Below, piece by piece: positions 9,449-19,932 of a stretch of DNA of 64,000 bases. The position numbers were made by a program, and so were the translations under genes. Each line of letters opens with the position of its first letter. Position 1 is the first letter of the stretch. The stretch lies in contig OY970208.1 in the NCBI GenBank assembly GCA_963713865.1, positions 2,560,001-2,624,000 on the forward strand, read 5' to 3'. This DNA comes from an uncultured candidate division Zixibacteria bacterium (GTDB lineage Bacteria; Zixibacteria; MSB-5A5; RBG-16-43-9). The notes under the pieces were generated by a model. That model saw only the letters and a program-made list of their open reading frames with translations, ran no database searches and had not been told where the DNA came from.

Positions 9449-10474
9449 TTAACAGATGCGCGGGAACTGCTCCCCTATGAGCATATCCACCACTCTGGTA
9501 CCGCCATATCTGGTCTTTAAACCCACCATCCCTATAAATTTGTCTGTTATCTCGCCGATGATTTCCGCCTTTTTCCCCAAAGGGTTCTTTCTTAGAATGT
9601 TCAGGATTTTTTCAGCTATTTGAGGTGCAATCACCATTATTACTTTCCCCTCATTCGCCAGATATAATGGGTCATACCCTAAAAGCTCGCAGAATCCTTT
9701 CACCTCCTCCCTGACCGGGATTTTCTCCTCAGATAAAAGGATCCCAAAATTTCCACCAGATACCATCTCATTTAACACCGTAGCTAAGCCGCCGCGAGTG
9801 GGATCTCGCATAAACTTTATCTTATCTTTGAATTTCAGGATTGAACCGATTAAATCCGAAAGGAAAGCGCAATCGCTTTTTACTTTGGTTTGAAATTCCA
9901 GGCCCGCTCTGGAGGAAAGAACGGCAGTGGCATGATCACCTATGGTCCCGTTGATTATGATTTTATCCCCGACTTTTATCTTCTCTTTGCTTAAATCAAT
10001 TCCCTTTGAAATTATTCCTATTCCTGAGGTATTTATAAAAATTTTATCCGCGCTTCCTTTTTCCACCACTTTAGTATCACCAGTTACAATTTGAACTCTG
10101 GCTTTTTGAGCAGTTTTTTTCATCGATAAAACGATTTTCTTTAAGATGCTTTTATCCAGCCCCTCCTCGATAATCAGAGAGCAAGATAAAAATAAAGGTT
10201 TTGCGCCCATTACCGAAAGGTCGTTTATGGTTCCGCAAACTGCCAATTTGCCAATATCCCCGCCCGGGAAAAAGATGGGCTGGATCACATAGGAATCTGT
10301 GGTGAAAGCTATTCTTTGTTCATTTAGACTAAAGACCGCCGAATCCTCCAATCTATTCAGGATTTTGTTTTTAAAGTTCTCTTTAAATAGATGAGAGATC
10401 AGTTCCAGGGAAAGCTTACCACCGGCACCATGGGAGAGGCTTATTTTTTCACCAGAATTGGACTTGGTAATCAT
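9449..10474 (-). CDS. hypE: Carbamoyl dehydratase HypE
   Basis: HGAGG, TTDSY, GDTKVV, RDPTRGG, C-terminal PRIC. Confidence 0.97.
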   Translation of the reverse strand: MITKSNSGEKISLSHGAGGKLSLELISHLFKENFKNKILNRLEDSAVFSLNEQRIAFTTDSYVIQPIFFPGGDIGKLAVCGTINDLSVMGAKPLFLSCSLIIEEGLDKSILKKIVLSMKKTAQKARVQIVTGDTKVVEKGSADKIFINTSGIGIISKGIDLSKEKIKVGDKIIINGTIGDHATAVLSSRAGLEFQTKVKSDCAFLSDLIGSILKFKDKIKFMRDPTRGGLATVLNEMVSGGNFGILLSEEKIPVREEVKGFCELLGYDPLYLANEGKVIMVIAPQIAEKILNILRKNPLGKKAEIIGEITDKFIGMVGLKTRYGGTRVVDMLIGEQFPRIC

Positions 10475-10476
10475 TT

Positions 10477-11595
10477 TTATTTCCCCTTTGACGATTTTTT
10501 TGGCCCATACTTAAAATAAGCCTGACAGGAACCTTCAGATGAAACCATACAAGGCCCGATTGGAGATTGAGGGGTGCATTTCCTTGCAAAAAAAGGACAA
10601 TCTAAAGGAGAGCTCTTTCCCTGAATAACCAATCCGCACAAGCAACCTTTAGGTTCTTGGCTTTTCTCAACTTGTACCTCTATTTCTTCCTGGGCATCGA
10701 ATTCCCGGTATACATTTTTGATTTTTAAACCGGAATTGGGGATGACACCTATCCCTCGCCAGACTGAATCTTCCTGCTCAAACACTTCTTCCATCAAATT
10801 CAGAGCCACCGGATTCCCTTCTTTCTTCACCGCTCGCGAATATTGATTATCGATTCTTGCCTTTTTATTTTTTAATCGATCTAATAAGATGTATATGGAT
10901 TGGAATAGATCCAGAGGTTCAAATCCGGAAATGACGCAGGGGATTTTAAATTCGTCCACTAAAAACTCATAAGGTTTAGTTCCGATAATGGTGCTAACAT
11001 GACCGGGACATATAAATCCATTCACTTTCAGGTCGTTTGATCGGGCTAAGAATCTCAAAGCCGGAGGGATTAATTTATGAGCTGTTAGAACGTAAAAATT
11101 CTTGATACTTTTAGTTTTCGCCTCCTTTAAGGCAAAAGCAACCGTGGGCGCAGTGGTCTCAAAGCCAACTCCCAAAAAAACCACTTCTTTATCCGGATTT
11201 TCTTTGGCAATTTTAAAGGCATCCAGAATGGAATAGACCATCCTTATATCTTTTCCCCTGGTTTTCTCCTTTTCCAGAGACGAGGAAGAACCCGGGACTT
11301 TCATCATATCCCCAAAGGTGGTGAGGATAAGGTCATCTAATCTGGACAGCGCTATGGCTCTGTCCAGATATGTGTTTGGCGTAACGCAAACCGGACATCC
11401 TGGTCCGGAGATCAATTTCACATTCTTAGGTAGAATGCTCTTTATCCCGGACTTGAAGATAGCTACCGTATGGGTTCCGCAAACCTCCATCAAGGTAATC
11501 TCTTCTTCAATTTCTTGAGCAATCTTTTTGATTTTTTCCGCTAAAATACGGGTTTTCTTTGAGTCCGAAAACCCGTTCAATAAATCTTTACTCAT
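10477..11595 (-). CDS. hypD: Hydrogenase maturation protein HypD
   Basis: MEVCGTHT, GPGCPVC, GFETT, PGHVS, PCMVSSEGSC; start placed at the ATG overlapping the end of hypC. Confidence 0.96.
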   Translation of the reverse strand: MSKDLLNGFSDSKKTRILAEKIKKIAQEIEEEITLMEVCGTHTVAIFKSGIKSILPKNVKLISGPGCPVCVTPNTYLDRAIALSRLDDLILTTFGDMMKVPGSSSSLEKEKTRGKDIRMVYSILDAFKIAKENPDKEVVFLGVGFETTAPTVAFALKEAKTKSIKNFYVLTAHKLIPPALRFLARSNDLKVNGFICPGHVSTIIGTKPYEFLVDEFKIPCVISGFEPLDLFQSIYILLDRLKNKKARIDNQYSRAVKKEGNPVALNLMEEVFEQEDSVWRGIGVIPNSGLKIKNVYREFDAQEEIEVQVEKSQEPKGCLCGLVIQGKSSPLDCPFFARKCTPQSPIGPCMVSSEGSCQAYFKYGPKKSSKGK

Positions 11596-11812
11596 TTCCA
11601 ATTGCTTCAAGCTCGTCAAATAGTTTTAAAGTCTTTAAAGCTTCTTTTCGATCTAATTTCTGAATGGCAAATCCTGCATGCAGGACCACATAATCCCCGA
11701 CTTTAACCTTATCCAGAAGCTCTAAGCTGATTTTTCTTTTAATCCCCTTAAACTCTGCTATTCCTTCCTTCTTATTTTTCTGAATGATTTTTACCGGAAC
11801 TCCTAAACACAT
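11588..11812 (-). CDS. hypC: Hydrogenase chaperone HypC
   Basis: MCLGVP N-terminus (ATG 11812) and VGDYVVLHAGFA. Confidence 0.96.
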   Translation of the reverse strand: MCLGVPVKIIQKNKKEGIAEFKGIKRKISLELLDKVKVGDYVVLHAGFAIQKLDRKEALKTLKLFDELEAIGNE

Positions 11813-11813
11813 A

Positions 11814-14081
11814 TCAAATCCTCTGATTTGCAATTACGGCTTGTCCCAAAGATATACCCCCGTCATTAGGGGGAACCTGGTGATGAGTGTAAACTTTGAA
11901 TTTGTTTTTGTTCAAAAGACCATGAGTTCGATCTAACATAAACATATTCTGAAAAACTCCGCCGGATAAGCATACCAGATTCAGGTTATGCTCTTTCCTT
12001 AATCTTAAACAAACCTCATTTATCATCCGAGCTACAGTATTATGGAACTTAGCAGCAATTATTGAATTTTCCTCTTTCTTTATTAAATCTCTTACGATCC
12101 CTTTTATAGTAAGCTCTGGGTCAATAATAAATATATCCTTTTCCTTCGTTATTTCAAAGAGGTATTTCCCTTTAACCTTTTCATCTGACATCATCTCCAG
12201 CTCAACGGCTGGCTGACCTTCATAGTTAGTCCTCTCCCTCCATCTCAATAGAACTGAAACCGCATCGAATAGCCTGCCGGCGCTGGAGGTAGGGTAAAGG
12301 TTAATTCTCTGGTCTAACATCTTCTTTATTACTGCCCATTTGTTTAGGTTGATTTTTTTAACAAATTCTAAATCCAGATTCAAAAAATCTGCTCCATAGC
12401 AAGCATATAAATAGGATACAGCCATCCTCCAGGGTTTTTTAATAGCCATTTCTCCTCCAGGCATAGGAACATATTTGAGATGAGCCACCCTCTGGTAACC
12501 TTTCAAATCTGTTAAAAGGAACTCTCCACCCCAAACAGCTTTATCCTCTCCATAACCAGTTCCGTCAAAGGCAACACCGATCACTTTCTGGCTGATTTTG
12601 TTTTCAGCCATACAGCTTACGATATGAGCATGATGATGCTGAACCGGAATTTTTTTGACATTACCTAAAGACAGAGCGTATTTGGTGGAGAGATATTCCG
12701 GGTGCAAATCATAGACTATAATTTCTGGTTTAACTGAACAGAGCTTTTTAAACCTCTCGATCTCTTTAATATAAAAGTCTAAAGTCTCATAGTTTTCCAG
12801 ATCCCCTATATGAGTACTCAGGAAGGCTAAATTGTTCCTGGCTAAGCAGAAAGTGTTTTTGAGCTGGGCACCCAAGGCTAAAACATGTTTTCGAAAATCA
12901 AAATCCACTTTTAGGGGAGAAGGGACATATCCCCTTGCTCTTCGTAAAAGTATCTCCTCTCCCTTCCAGACTTTGCTCACCGAATCATCACAGCGTCTAT
13001 AAATCTCTCGATTGTGAATTAGAAAATAATCAGCGATAGTATTCAATCTTTGAAAAACATCGTCGTTTTCGAAACAGATAGGTTCGTCCGATTGATTTCC
13101 TGAAGTCATAACCAGAATCAGATTCGACTTTTTAAGCAGGAGATGATGCAGGGGGGAATAAGGAAGCATCACTCCCCAGTATTTTTGAAGAGGTGCGACC
13201 TCTGGTGCGATTATTTTTACGTTTTTCTTTTTCAAGAGTAAAATTGGACGGATAACAGATTGCAGTAGTCTTTCTTCCGCTGGATTAACCTTACAAAATC
13301 TCCGGATAGTTTCTAAATCTTTAGCCATCATCGCAAAGGGCTTGTCCTCTCTATATTTTCTTTTTCTTAAATTGGAAACTGCATCCTCATTGGCAGCGTC
13401 GCAGGTTAAATGATACCCGCCGATCCCTTTTATAGCTACGATATGACCTCTCTTGAGAAGTTCAATCGTGGAGACTACTGGGTCTTTGGTGGTTTGTAGC
13501 TTCTTCTTGTTATCCATCAAGGCCAAGTACGGTCCGCAAACCGGACAGGCATTGGGCTGGGCGTGAAATCTCCTGTCCTGAGGACTATGGTATTCGCTTT
13601 CACAATCCGGACACATTTTGAAAGCAGACATCGTGGTTTTATCTCTGTCATAGGGGATATCTTGAATGATGGTCACTCTGGGTCCGCAGTTAGTGCAGTT
13701 CAAAAAAGGGTAACCAAACCTTCGATCCTGAGGATTAAAAAGTTCATTTAGACAATCATCGCAGGTGGCTAAATCCGGGGATACAAAAACGGTTTTAATA
13801 TGCTTATTTACACTTTCCCGGATTACAAAATTCTGGTAATTATGATATGGGATTTTCCTGATTTTGACCTGTTCTATCCGGGACTGGGGAGGGGGCGAAG
13901 CTTTCACATGAAGCAAGAATTCATTAATAGCTTTCTTTTTACCCTCTACCTCAATCTCAACCCCCGCGGTATCATTCAAAACATAACCGCGTAGGTTATA
14001 CTTATGGGCTAAGTTATAAATAAAAGGTCTAAAACCCACCCCCTGAACAATCCCTTTTATTTCAATCCTTAAACCCTGCAT
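11814..14081 (-). CDS. hypF: Carbamoyltransferase HypF
   Basis: GIVQGVGFRPF acylphosphatase domain, Zn fingers, KGIGGYHL, QHHHAH, PPNDGGISLGQA. Confidence 0.97.
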   Translation of the reverse strand: MQGLRIEIKGIVQGVGFRPFIYNLAHKYNLRGYVLNDTAGVEIEVEGKKKAINEFLLHVKASPPPQSRIEQVKIRKIPYHNYQNFVIRESVNKHIKTVFVSPDLATCDDCLNELFNPQDRRFGYPFLNCTNCGPRVTIIQDIPYDRDKTTMSAFKMCPDCESEYHSPQDRRFHAQPNACPVCGPYLALMDNKKKLQTTKDPVVSTIELLKRGHIVAIKGIGGYHLTCDAANEDAVSNLRKRKYREDKPFAMMAKDLETIRRFCKVNPAEERLLQSVIRPILLLKKKNVKIIAPEVAPLQKYWGVMLPYSPLHHLLLKKSNLILVMTSGNQSDEPICFENDDVFQRLNTIADYFLIHNREIYRRCDDSVSKVWKGEEILLRRARGYVPSPLKVDFDFRKHVLALGAQLKNTFCLARNNLAFLSTHIGDLENYETLDFYIKEIERFKKLCSVKPEIIVYDLHPEYLSTKYALSLGNVKKIPVQHHHAHIVSCMAENKISQKVIGVAFDGTGYGEDKAVWGGEFLLTDLKGYQRVAHLKYVPMPGGEMAIKKPWRMAVSYLYACYGADFLNLDLEFVKKINLNKWAVIKKMLDQRINLYPTSSAGRLFDAVSVLLRWRERTNYEGQPAVELEMMSDEKVKGKYLFEITKEKDIFIIDPELTIKGIVRDLIKKEENSIIAAKFHNTVARMINEVCLRLRKEHNLNLVCLSGGVFQNMFMLDRTHGLLNKNKFKVYTHHQVPPNDGGISLGQAVIANQRI

Positions 14082-14189
14082 TTGTCAAAGATTAAATATA
14101 CTTAGAAAAAAATCTCTATCGTTAATAAATCCCATTACAACCCTTTTCTATTTATAATATACATTATTGATACGATTTGTCCTAATATA

Positions 14190-14207
14190 TTGTTATTTTT
14201 TTCACAA
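14190..14207. promoter_or_regulatory. Second, imperfect Rex-like operator in the hyp/hydrogenase divergent region
   Basis: TTGTTAT-TTTT-TTCACAA versus consensus TTGTGAA-N4-TTCACAA. Confidence 0.5.
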
Positions 14208-14310
14208 TCTCAATTTCACAAACAGGACATTATAGATTATATAGCTCCTGTTTATCCTCGTTTTAATTAACAAAAAAAGACTATCTCGCTCATTTAACTT
14301 AAGATTTTTC

Positions 14311-14338
14311 TTGACAAGCTCTGAACGACATATATAAT
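14311..14338 (+). promoter_or_regulatory. Sigma70-type promoter of the hydrogenase operon
   Basis: TTGACA-N16-TATAAT. Confidence 0.8.
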
Positions 14339-14339
14339 A

Positions 14340-14357
14340 TTGTGAAATGATTCACAA
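14340..14357. promoter_or_regulatory. Rex (NADH/NAD+ sensor) operator
   Basis: Exact TTGTGAA-atga-TTCACAA covering the predicted transcription start. Confidence 0.8.
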
Positions 14358-14417
14358 TATGACTTTTGATTTTGTAGAATATTTTTAACAATTAAAACCA
14401 AACCTATGGAGGTCTTT

Positions 14418-15401
14418 ATGGATCTTTCCCGTCGGAAGTTCCTGAAGTTAGTCGGGGGGTCTGCAGTCGGTGTAGGTCTTTCCAATATCTGGCTGCCGAA
14501 GGTAGTTCAGGCACTGGTAGAAAAGTCCGGTAACCCGCCCGTTATCTGGCTTCAAGGACAAAGTTGTAGCGGTTGTTCTGTTTCAACACTGAATACGGTT
14601 TACCCTGATATTGCCAAAGTTCTAACTGAGATTATCAGCCTGGAATTTCACCCCACAGTAATGGCATCAGCCGGGGACCCGGCTTTGAAGATATTAGAGG
14701 ATGCTATGACCAATCAGGCAGGTAAATACTTCCTGGTGGTCGAAGGTTCTGTACCTACACTGGGTGGCGGAGCCTATTGCACTGTAGGCGAAAACTTAGA
14801 TAAACCCGTAACGGTTGAGGAATGGACCAAAAAGTTAGGATCACAAGCCAAAGCCATTTTGAATGTCGGAACCTGCTCTTCCTTTGGCGGCATACCAGCT
14901 GGCCAGCCAAACCCAACTGGTGCTAAAAAGGTAGGTGATATCCTTCCCGGTAAAACTATGATTAACCTGCCGGGTTGCCCGCCTCATCCTGACTGGATAA
15001 TTGGTACTATAGCCCATGTCCTTTTGTTCGGGATACCGGAACTGGATGAAAACCTCCGTCCCAAGGTCTTCTATTCCAAAGTAATCCATGAAAACTGCGA
15101 AAGGAGATCCTATTTCGAACAAGGGGTTTTTGCTTCCGATTACAGCGAAGAAGGTTGTATGTACCAGTTAGGCTGTAAAGGACCGGTAAGCCATTGCGAT
15201 GTCTCTATTAGAGGATGGAACAACGGAGTGAACTGGTGCGTCAGAAGCGGCAGCCCTTGTATCGGCTGTACTGAGCCCGATTATCCTGATTTCTCCGGTG
15301 GCGGACTTTACGGTGTTTTAGACAAATCCTCCATTTTGAACATCCCCTGGAACAAGGCAGATAAAGATAAAGCCAAACAAACCTCAACTCGTCTATCTTA
15401 A
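14418..15401 (+). CDS. Tat-exported [NiFe] hydrogenase small subunit (group 1a-like)
   Basis: SRRKFLK Tat motif; CSGCS, GTCSSFGG, PGCPPHP, HENC, GCKGP, NWC, PCIGC; GGAGG RBS before ATG 14418; no C-terminal TM. Confidence 0.95.
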   Translation: MDLSRRKFLKLVGGSAVGVGLSNIWLPKVVQALVEKSGNPPVIWLQGQSCSGCSVSTLNTVYPDIAKVLTEIISLEFHPTVMASAGDPALKILEDAMTNQAGKYFLVVEGSVPTLGGGAYCTVGENLDKPVTVEEWTKKLGSQAKAILNVGTCSSFGGIPAGQPNPTGAKKVGDILPGKTMINLPGCPPHPDWIIGTIAHVLLFGIPELDENLRPKVFYSKVIHENCERRSYFEQGVFASDYSEEGCMYQLGCKGPVSHCDVSIRGWNNGVNWCVRSGSPCIGCTEPDYPDFSGGGLYGVLDKSSILNIPWNKADKDKAKQTSTRLS

Positions 15402-15419
15402 TAGAAAGGAAGGAATAAA

Positions 15420-16979
15420 ATGTCAAATAAAAAAATCGTAATCGATCCCGTTACTCGAATAGAGGGTCACTTAAAGATAGAGGTAGAGGTAAATGACGGC
15501 AAGATCACCGATGCCAAAAGCTCAGGCGAGATGTTCCGGGGCTGGGAGGTGATCTTAAAAGGGAGAAATCCGGTCGACGCCCAGATGATTACCCAGAGGA
15601 TTTGCGGAGTCTGTCCCTCTGCTCACGCCCAGGCATCAACCCTGTGCCTGGATAATGCCTTCGGAATCAACCCACCTGAAAACGGCATGCTGATTCGAAA
15701 TCTGGTCTTCGGCGCAAATTTTATCCAGTCCCATATCCTGCATTTCTATCATTTAGCCGCTCTGGATTTTGTGGACATAACTGCCATACTGAAATATACC
15801 GGTAAAGATCCCGGCCTGAACAGGCTCAAAGACTGGGCTAAAAATGAGTTAGATTCACAGAGACCGACTGCGGTTGCCCCTTTCCTGCCCCGGTATAAAG
15901 GAGATTATATTGCGGATACAGATGCGAACATCCAGGCTATAGCTCATTACGTTAAAGCCCTGGATATGAGGAAAAAAGCTCATGAGATGCTCTGCATCTT
16001 CGGTGGAAGGATGCCCCATGAAATAGCGATTATGCCCGGTGGAGCTTGCGAAAAACCGACAGTGGACAAGATCACCGAATACCTTTACCGCATGAAAGAG
16101 ATACAGACTTTCATCGACAACTGCTATATCCCGGACGTAATTGCTGTGGCAAAGTCCCATCCCCAGTATTTTGAGATCGGCAAGGGATGTGGCAATCTCC
16201 TTGCTTACGGAGTGTTCGAGGAGAAGGTGGATGGAAGCAAAAAATACATATCCGCCGGAACCTACATCGATGGTAAGTTAGGGGAATTGAACCCTGATAA
16301 GATCGCAGAATTTGTGAAATACTCGAAATTCTCCTCAGGCACCGGACTTCACCCTTCAAAAGGTGAAACAATACCAGCCCCGGATAAGAAAAAAGCCTAT
16401 TCCTGGATAAAATCTCCCAGATATGATGGAAAACCGATGGAAGTGGGACCTATGGCCAGAATGGCTATAAACCATCTCCAGGGGGAAAATCCAAAACTTT
16501 CCAGGCTGGTAAACGATACCTTGAATACCTTCAACGCCCCGGTAACCGCCTTATTTTCCGTTTTAGGACGTCATGCTGCCAGAGCCCTGGAGTGCAAGTT
16601 AGTCGCAGATAAGTGTGCTGAGTTGGTGATGCAGCTCGACCCCTCCAAACCAGTTCACACTAAATTCGAAATACCAGAGCAAAGCATGGGTATGGGTCTA
16701 ACTGATGCAGCAAGAGGAGCGTTAGGTCACTGGATATCGATCAAAGGGAAAAAGATAGACAACTACCAGGCAGTAGTTCCCACTACCTGGAATGCCAGCC
16801 CCCGGGATGATAAGAACATACCCGGACCAATCGAACAGGCTCTGATCGGAACTCCTGTGGCTGATCCGGATAATCCGATTGAGCCTTTAAGAGTGGTCAG
16901 ATCCTTTGACCCCTGTCTTGCCTGTGCCATTCATATACTCGAACCCAAGAAGGACGTGAAGAAGTTCCGGGTTATATAG
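15420..16979 (+). CDS. [NiFe] hydrogenase large subunit (group 1a-like, Cys not Sec)
   Basis: L1 QRICGVCPSAH, L2 SFDPCLACAIH, cleavable C-terminal extension. Confidence 0.96.
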   Translation: MSNKKIVIDPVTRIEGHLKIEVEVNDGKITDAKSSGEMFRGWEVILKGRNPVDAQMITQRICGVCPSAHAQASTLCLDNAFGINPPENGMLIRNLVFGANFIQSHILHFYHLAALDFVDITAILKYTGKDPGLNRLKDWAKNELDSQRPTAVAPFLPRYKGDYIADTDANIQAIAHYVKALDMRKKAHEMLCIFGGRMPHEIAIMPGGACEKPTVDKITEYLYRMKEIQTFIDNCYIPDVIAVAKSHPQYFEIGKGCGNLLAYGVFEEKVDGSKKYISAGTYIDGKLGELNPDKIAEFVKYSKFSSGTGLHPSKGETIPAPDKKKAYSWIKSPRYDGKPMEVGPMARMAINHLQGENPKLSRLVNDTLNTFNAPVTALFSVLGRHAARALECKLVADKCAELVMQLDPSKPVHTKFEIPEQSMGMGLTDAARGALGHWISIKGKKIDNYQAVVPTTWNASPRDDKNIPGPIEQALIGTPVADPDNPIEPLRVVRSFDPCLACAIHILEPKKDVKKFRVI

Positions 16980-16993
16980 TAGAAACTATCTGT

Positions 16994-17029
16994 AAACAGG
17001 GGATCTGAAATCAGATCCCCTGTTTTTTT
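16994..17029 (+). terminator. Intrinsic terminator between the large subunit and the maturation protease
   Basis: aaacaggggatctg-aaat-cagatcccctgttt followed by a T run. Confidence 0.85.
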
Positions 17030-17032
17030 CCT

Positions 17033-17494
17033 ATGAAAGTGAAAAAGAAAATTTTAATAGCCGGTGTGGGAAACCTTCTTTTTACGGATGAAGGTATAGG
17101 CGTTCATATCATAAAGGAGCTCTCTGAGATAGATTTGCCAGAATATGTAGAATTAGCCGAAATCGGAACAGCCACCTTCGAGCTTTTTAGATTTATGGAG
17201 GGGAAGGATAAAGTGATAATCATCGATGCTATCATCTCGAATGAGTTACCTGGAACTGTTTACAAACTTACCCCGGACGAGCTGAAAAAAGAGAAAACAA
17301 AATTTTTAACCTCCCTGCACCAATATGGAATACTGGATGCCCTAAAATCCTCCGCCCAGATAGGTAACAAGCCTGATACCATAATTTTCGGGATAACGCC
17401 AAAAGATTATAAAACCTTAGGCACCGAACTTACCCCCGAATTAAAGAGGTCGATTCAGAAGATTATCAAGATAATTTTGAAAGAAATAAAATAA
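17033..17494 (+). CDS. Hydrogenase maturation endopeptidase (HyaD/HybD family)
   Basis: GVGNLLFTDEGIG, IIIDA, SLHQ, ELTPEL. Confidence 0.93.
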   Translation: MKVKKKILIAGVGNLLFTDEGIGVHIIKELSEIDLPEYVELAEIGTATFELFRFMEGKDKVIIIDAIISNELPGTVYKLTPDELKKEKTKFLTSLHQYGILDALKSSAQIGNKPDTIIFGITPKDYKTLGTELTPELKRSIQKIIKIILKEIK

Positions 17495-17862
17495 AAGCTT
17501 TCTTCCTGAAAATCCTTCTTTTCTACAGTGTAATTATTACTATCCTAAAAATAAAAAACAAAGAGGCTGGGATTCTTCTGTTAGCGTTCGTGTAAGTCTC
17601 TATCCGTCTTTCAATTATCTGATAACCTTTTGTTACACTTGAAGTTTCATTTTTTGTTTCTTTTTGTTTGTTTTTGTCTCTTTTTATCTATTTATACTTT
17701 GTTCGGTCACAAAATCTAAACAAAAATATATTCAACATCTATTTTATTAATCAGAACATAAAGAACCATTTATCTTCCTTGAACAACAGTTTCCCCTTCT
17801 TAATATACTTAACTAATAGGTACATATCTTAGAATGCAGCCAGTGCAGGACAGGGCTGTCTA

Positions 17863-17960
17863 AGATGGTAGGGATTCAAAATTTTGAATCCCTACCATCT
17901 CCAAACTCCAAACTGTTTTTCAGTCCCGCCTGCGGCGGGATTTCCCCGATTTATCGGGGC
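17863..17960. repeat. Palindrome cluster 3' of the M6 gene
   Basis: agatggtagggattcaaaattttgaatccctaccatct; ccaaact heptamers; tcccgcctgcggcggga; ccccgatttatcgggg. Confidence 0.75.
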
Positions 17961-19932
17961 TCAATACGGCGGTGGTCCGCCTTTGAACAGGTAATTAATC
18001 AGATAAACTACATCAGAAACATTTAGTAAACCATCGCAATTAACATCTCCAACTGACAATTCAGGAACAGGAGAGAATCCACCTTTGAATAAATAGTTGA
18101 TCAGACAAACTACATCTGAAACGCTCAGTTTTTTATCACCATTCGCATCCCCCCGCATCACAGATAGAAACGTCCAGGTCTGGTTGGACCATTTTTCTAA
18201 AGAGTTATCATACGCTCTGACTTTCCAGTAATATCTTGCGATCTGGAGTGTTTCCGTAAACTGACTGGATAAAAGACTATCATAGACAACTGTGGAATCA
18301 AGCTGGAAAGCAGGAGAAGTGCTGACATATAAATCATATCTAAGCTGTTCCCCGGGGTTTGGGTCTGACCAATCAAAATTTATAATATAGGGAATAAAAA
18401 CACTGTCTTCAGGCGAAAGGAGGGAGAAGGCTGGAATAGGAGCATAAATATAGGCATACAGTCTATCACCCACAATGGAATCTACTCTGACGACTATACC
18501 TGAGGGACCGGAATAACCATCACTATTAGGATAAGTAGTTGGAGTGAAGCTCTCCTGATACTGGACATTGTTGGAAAAAGGTGCGGCTTTTCTGGTTTCA
18601 TAAGGATACCACCATTGAGCGCTGTCCGTAACATGTCCTTCAGGATTGTGAGAAGCACCCCTGGCTGGATTATAACCGGCATCTTCAACTGCAACACTGT
18701 AGTGCGGGTAATACGGCGTTCCGTCATTTGACCAAGAACGTGAGAACAGCGAGTCATCAATATGGGTAATTAGCAAACCCCTGTCCAGTGAATCCCCACC
18801 ATAGCTTAAATTAGGCCACAGATAACAGCTGAAGTCAGAATCTAATTTATCAAATTTAGCTGTCGAACCAGGATTCCGGTATTCTAAAAGAAAATATTCC
18901 CCTTCAAACGGATTTATAGGAAGTATATATATGGAACTGTCTTTTCTTGTCTCTATATTGTAAATTACAACATTGTTATGGGTTCCTGTTATTGCTATAG
19001 GATCAACCCATCCAAGTTGTTTTTTGCTCCATCCGCACAGATGAGATGGCACCTCAGAACCAATCGACATTAACCCATACCCGTAATATCCCATCAAGCA
19101 CCAGTCAACTAAGGGATGATCGTTACCGTCATTGGGCGTGTTGAAGGTTGAAATATCCAGCTTGTCATCATAATCATACAGGTCGGGTAATCCCAGATTA
19201 TGGGCTAACTCATGACAAAAAACCCGTATTTTGTTTAATTTATTCACGCCTGAAAACCCTGGTGGGTACAGAGAGTCGTGCAATGGTCGTGTTTCCGGAG
19301 AGGTATTCCACCTTGGGATCTGCATTCCATCGTAAGGTCCTGGACCAGAACCGGGTGCGTAGATATAGGCATACGACCAGATATCATCCCAATCCTGTGA
19401 ATCTTCCTTACCATTGCCAGAGCGGATAAAAACTACAGCATCGACATCGCCATCATGATTACCATCGAACTGCGAATAATCTATAACCGGATCAAGTATC
19501 GGGAATAGGGATTCAAAATCAAACCGAGACAACATAGTTTCCGGCATTATACCAATCTCTTACCTCGCCAACTACGTTTAGTTTTCCGTAGGAAACCTCA
19601 TAGAAATAGTCAGCCACAGAGCCTCCGGGAAAGACATCTCTGGAGAAAAGCAAGCTGTCCAGAGTCTCTCTGGAATATGTGCCACGTCGATCAGACCACT
19701 CGACCATAATGGCTAATACTTTGAGCGTATCACCGGTAAAACGGAATGAGGCAATCGCAAGGCTGTCCTGTCGGGTAAGCTGGGATACGGGGATTTTTCC
19801 AAACTGCGATTCAATTTCTTCACGAGGGACATCGAGTATTATGCCCCTGGAAAGATCAACCGCGGAGATAATACCATAAAACGCTATTATCATAAACCCG
19901 CATATAATTAAAACCTGGAGCAACCTTTTCAT
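17961..19932 (-). CDS. Secreted M6-family (immune inhibitor A-like) metalloprotease with C-terminal dockerin-like domain; split by one extra base near 19525-19545
   Basis: Signal peptide; SVADYFYEVSYG; HELAHNLGLPDLYD; WCLM; duplicated GDANGD/GDVNCDG..VSDVV.LINYLF. The two ORFs join if one base is removed. Confidence 0.88.

Noticed and set aside
16900..16935. Selenocysteine ([NiFeSe]) hydrogenase
   Set aside because: The L2 motif reads GAC CCC TGT CTT GCC TGT (DPCLAC) with no in-frame TGA.
17608..17615. ATTGAAAG on the minus strand, resembling a CRISPR repeat end
   Set aside because: Single occurrence, no repeat-spacer periodicity and no cas genes.
17495..17860. Hidden gene or ncRNA in the AT-rich gap after the hydrogenase protease
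   Set aside because: No ORF with a credible start and RBS, and only a weak gtgtaa/ttacac stem.
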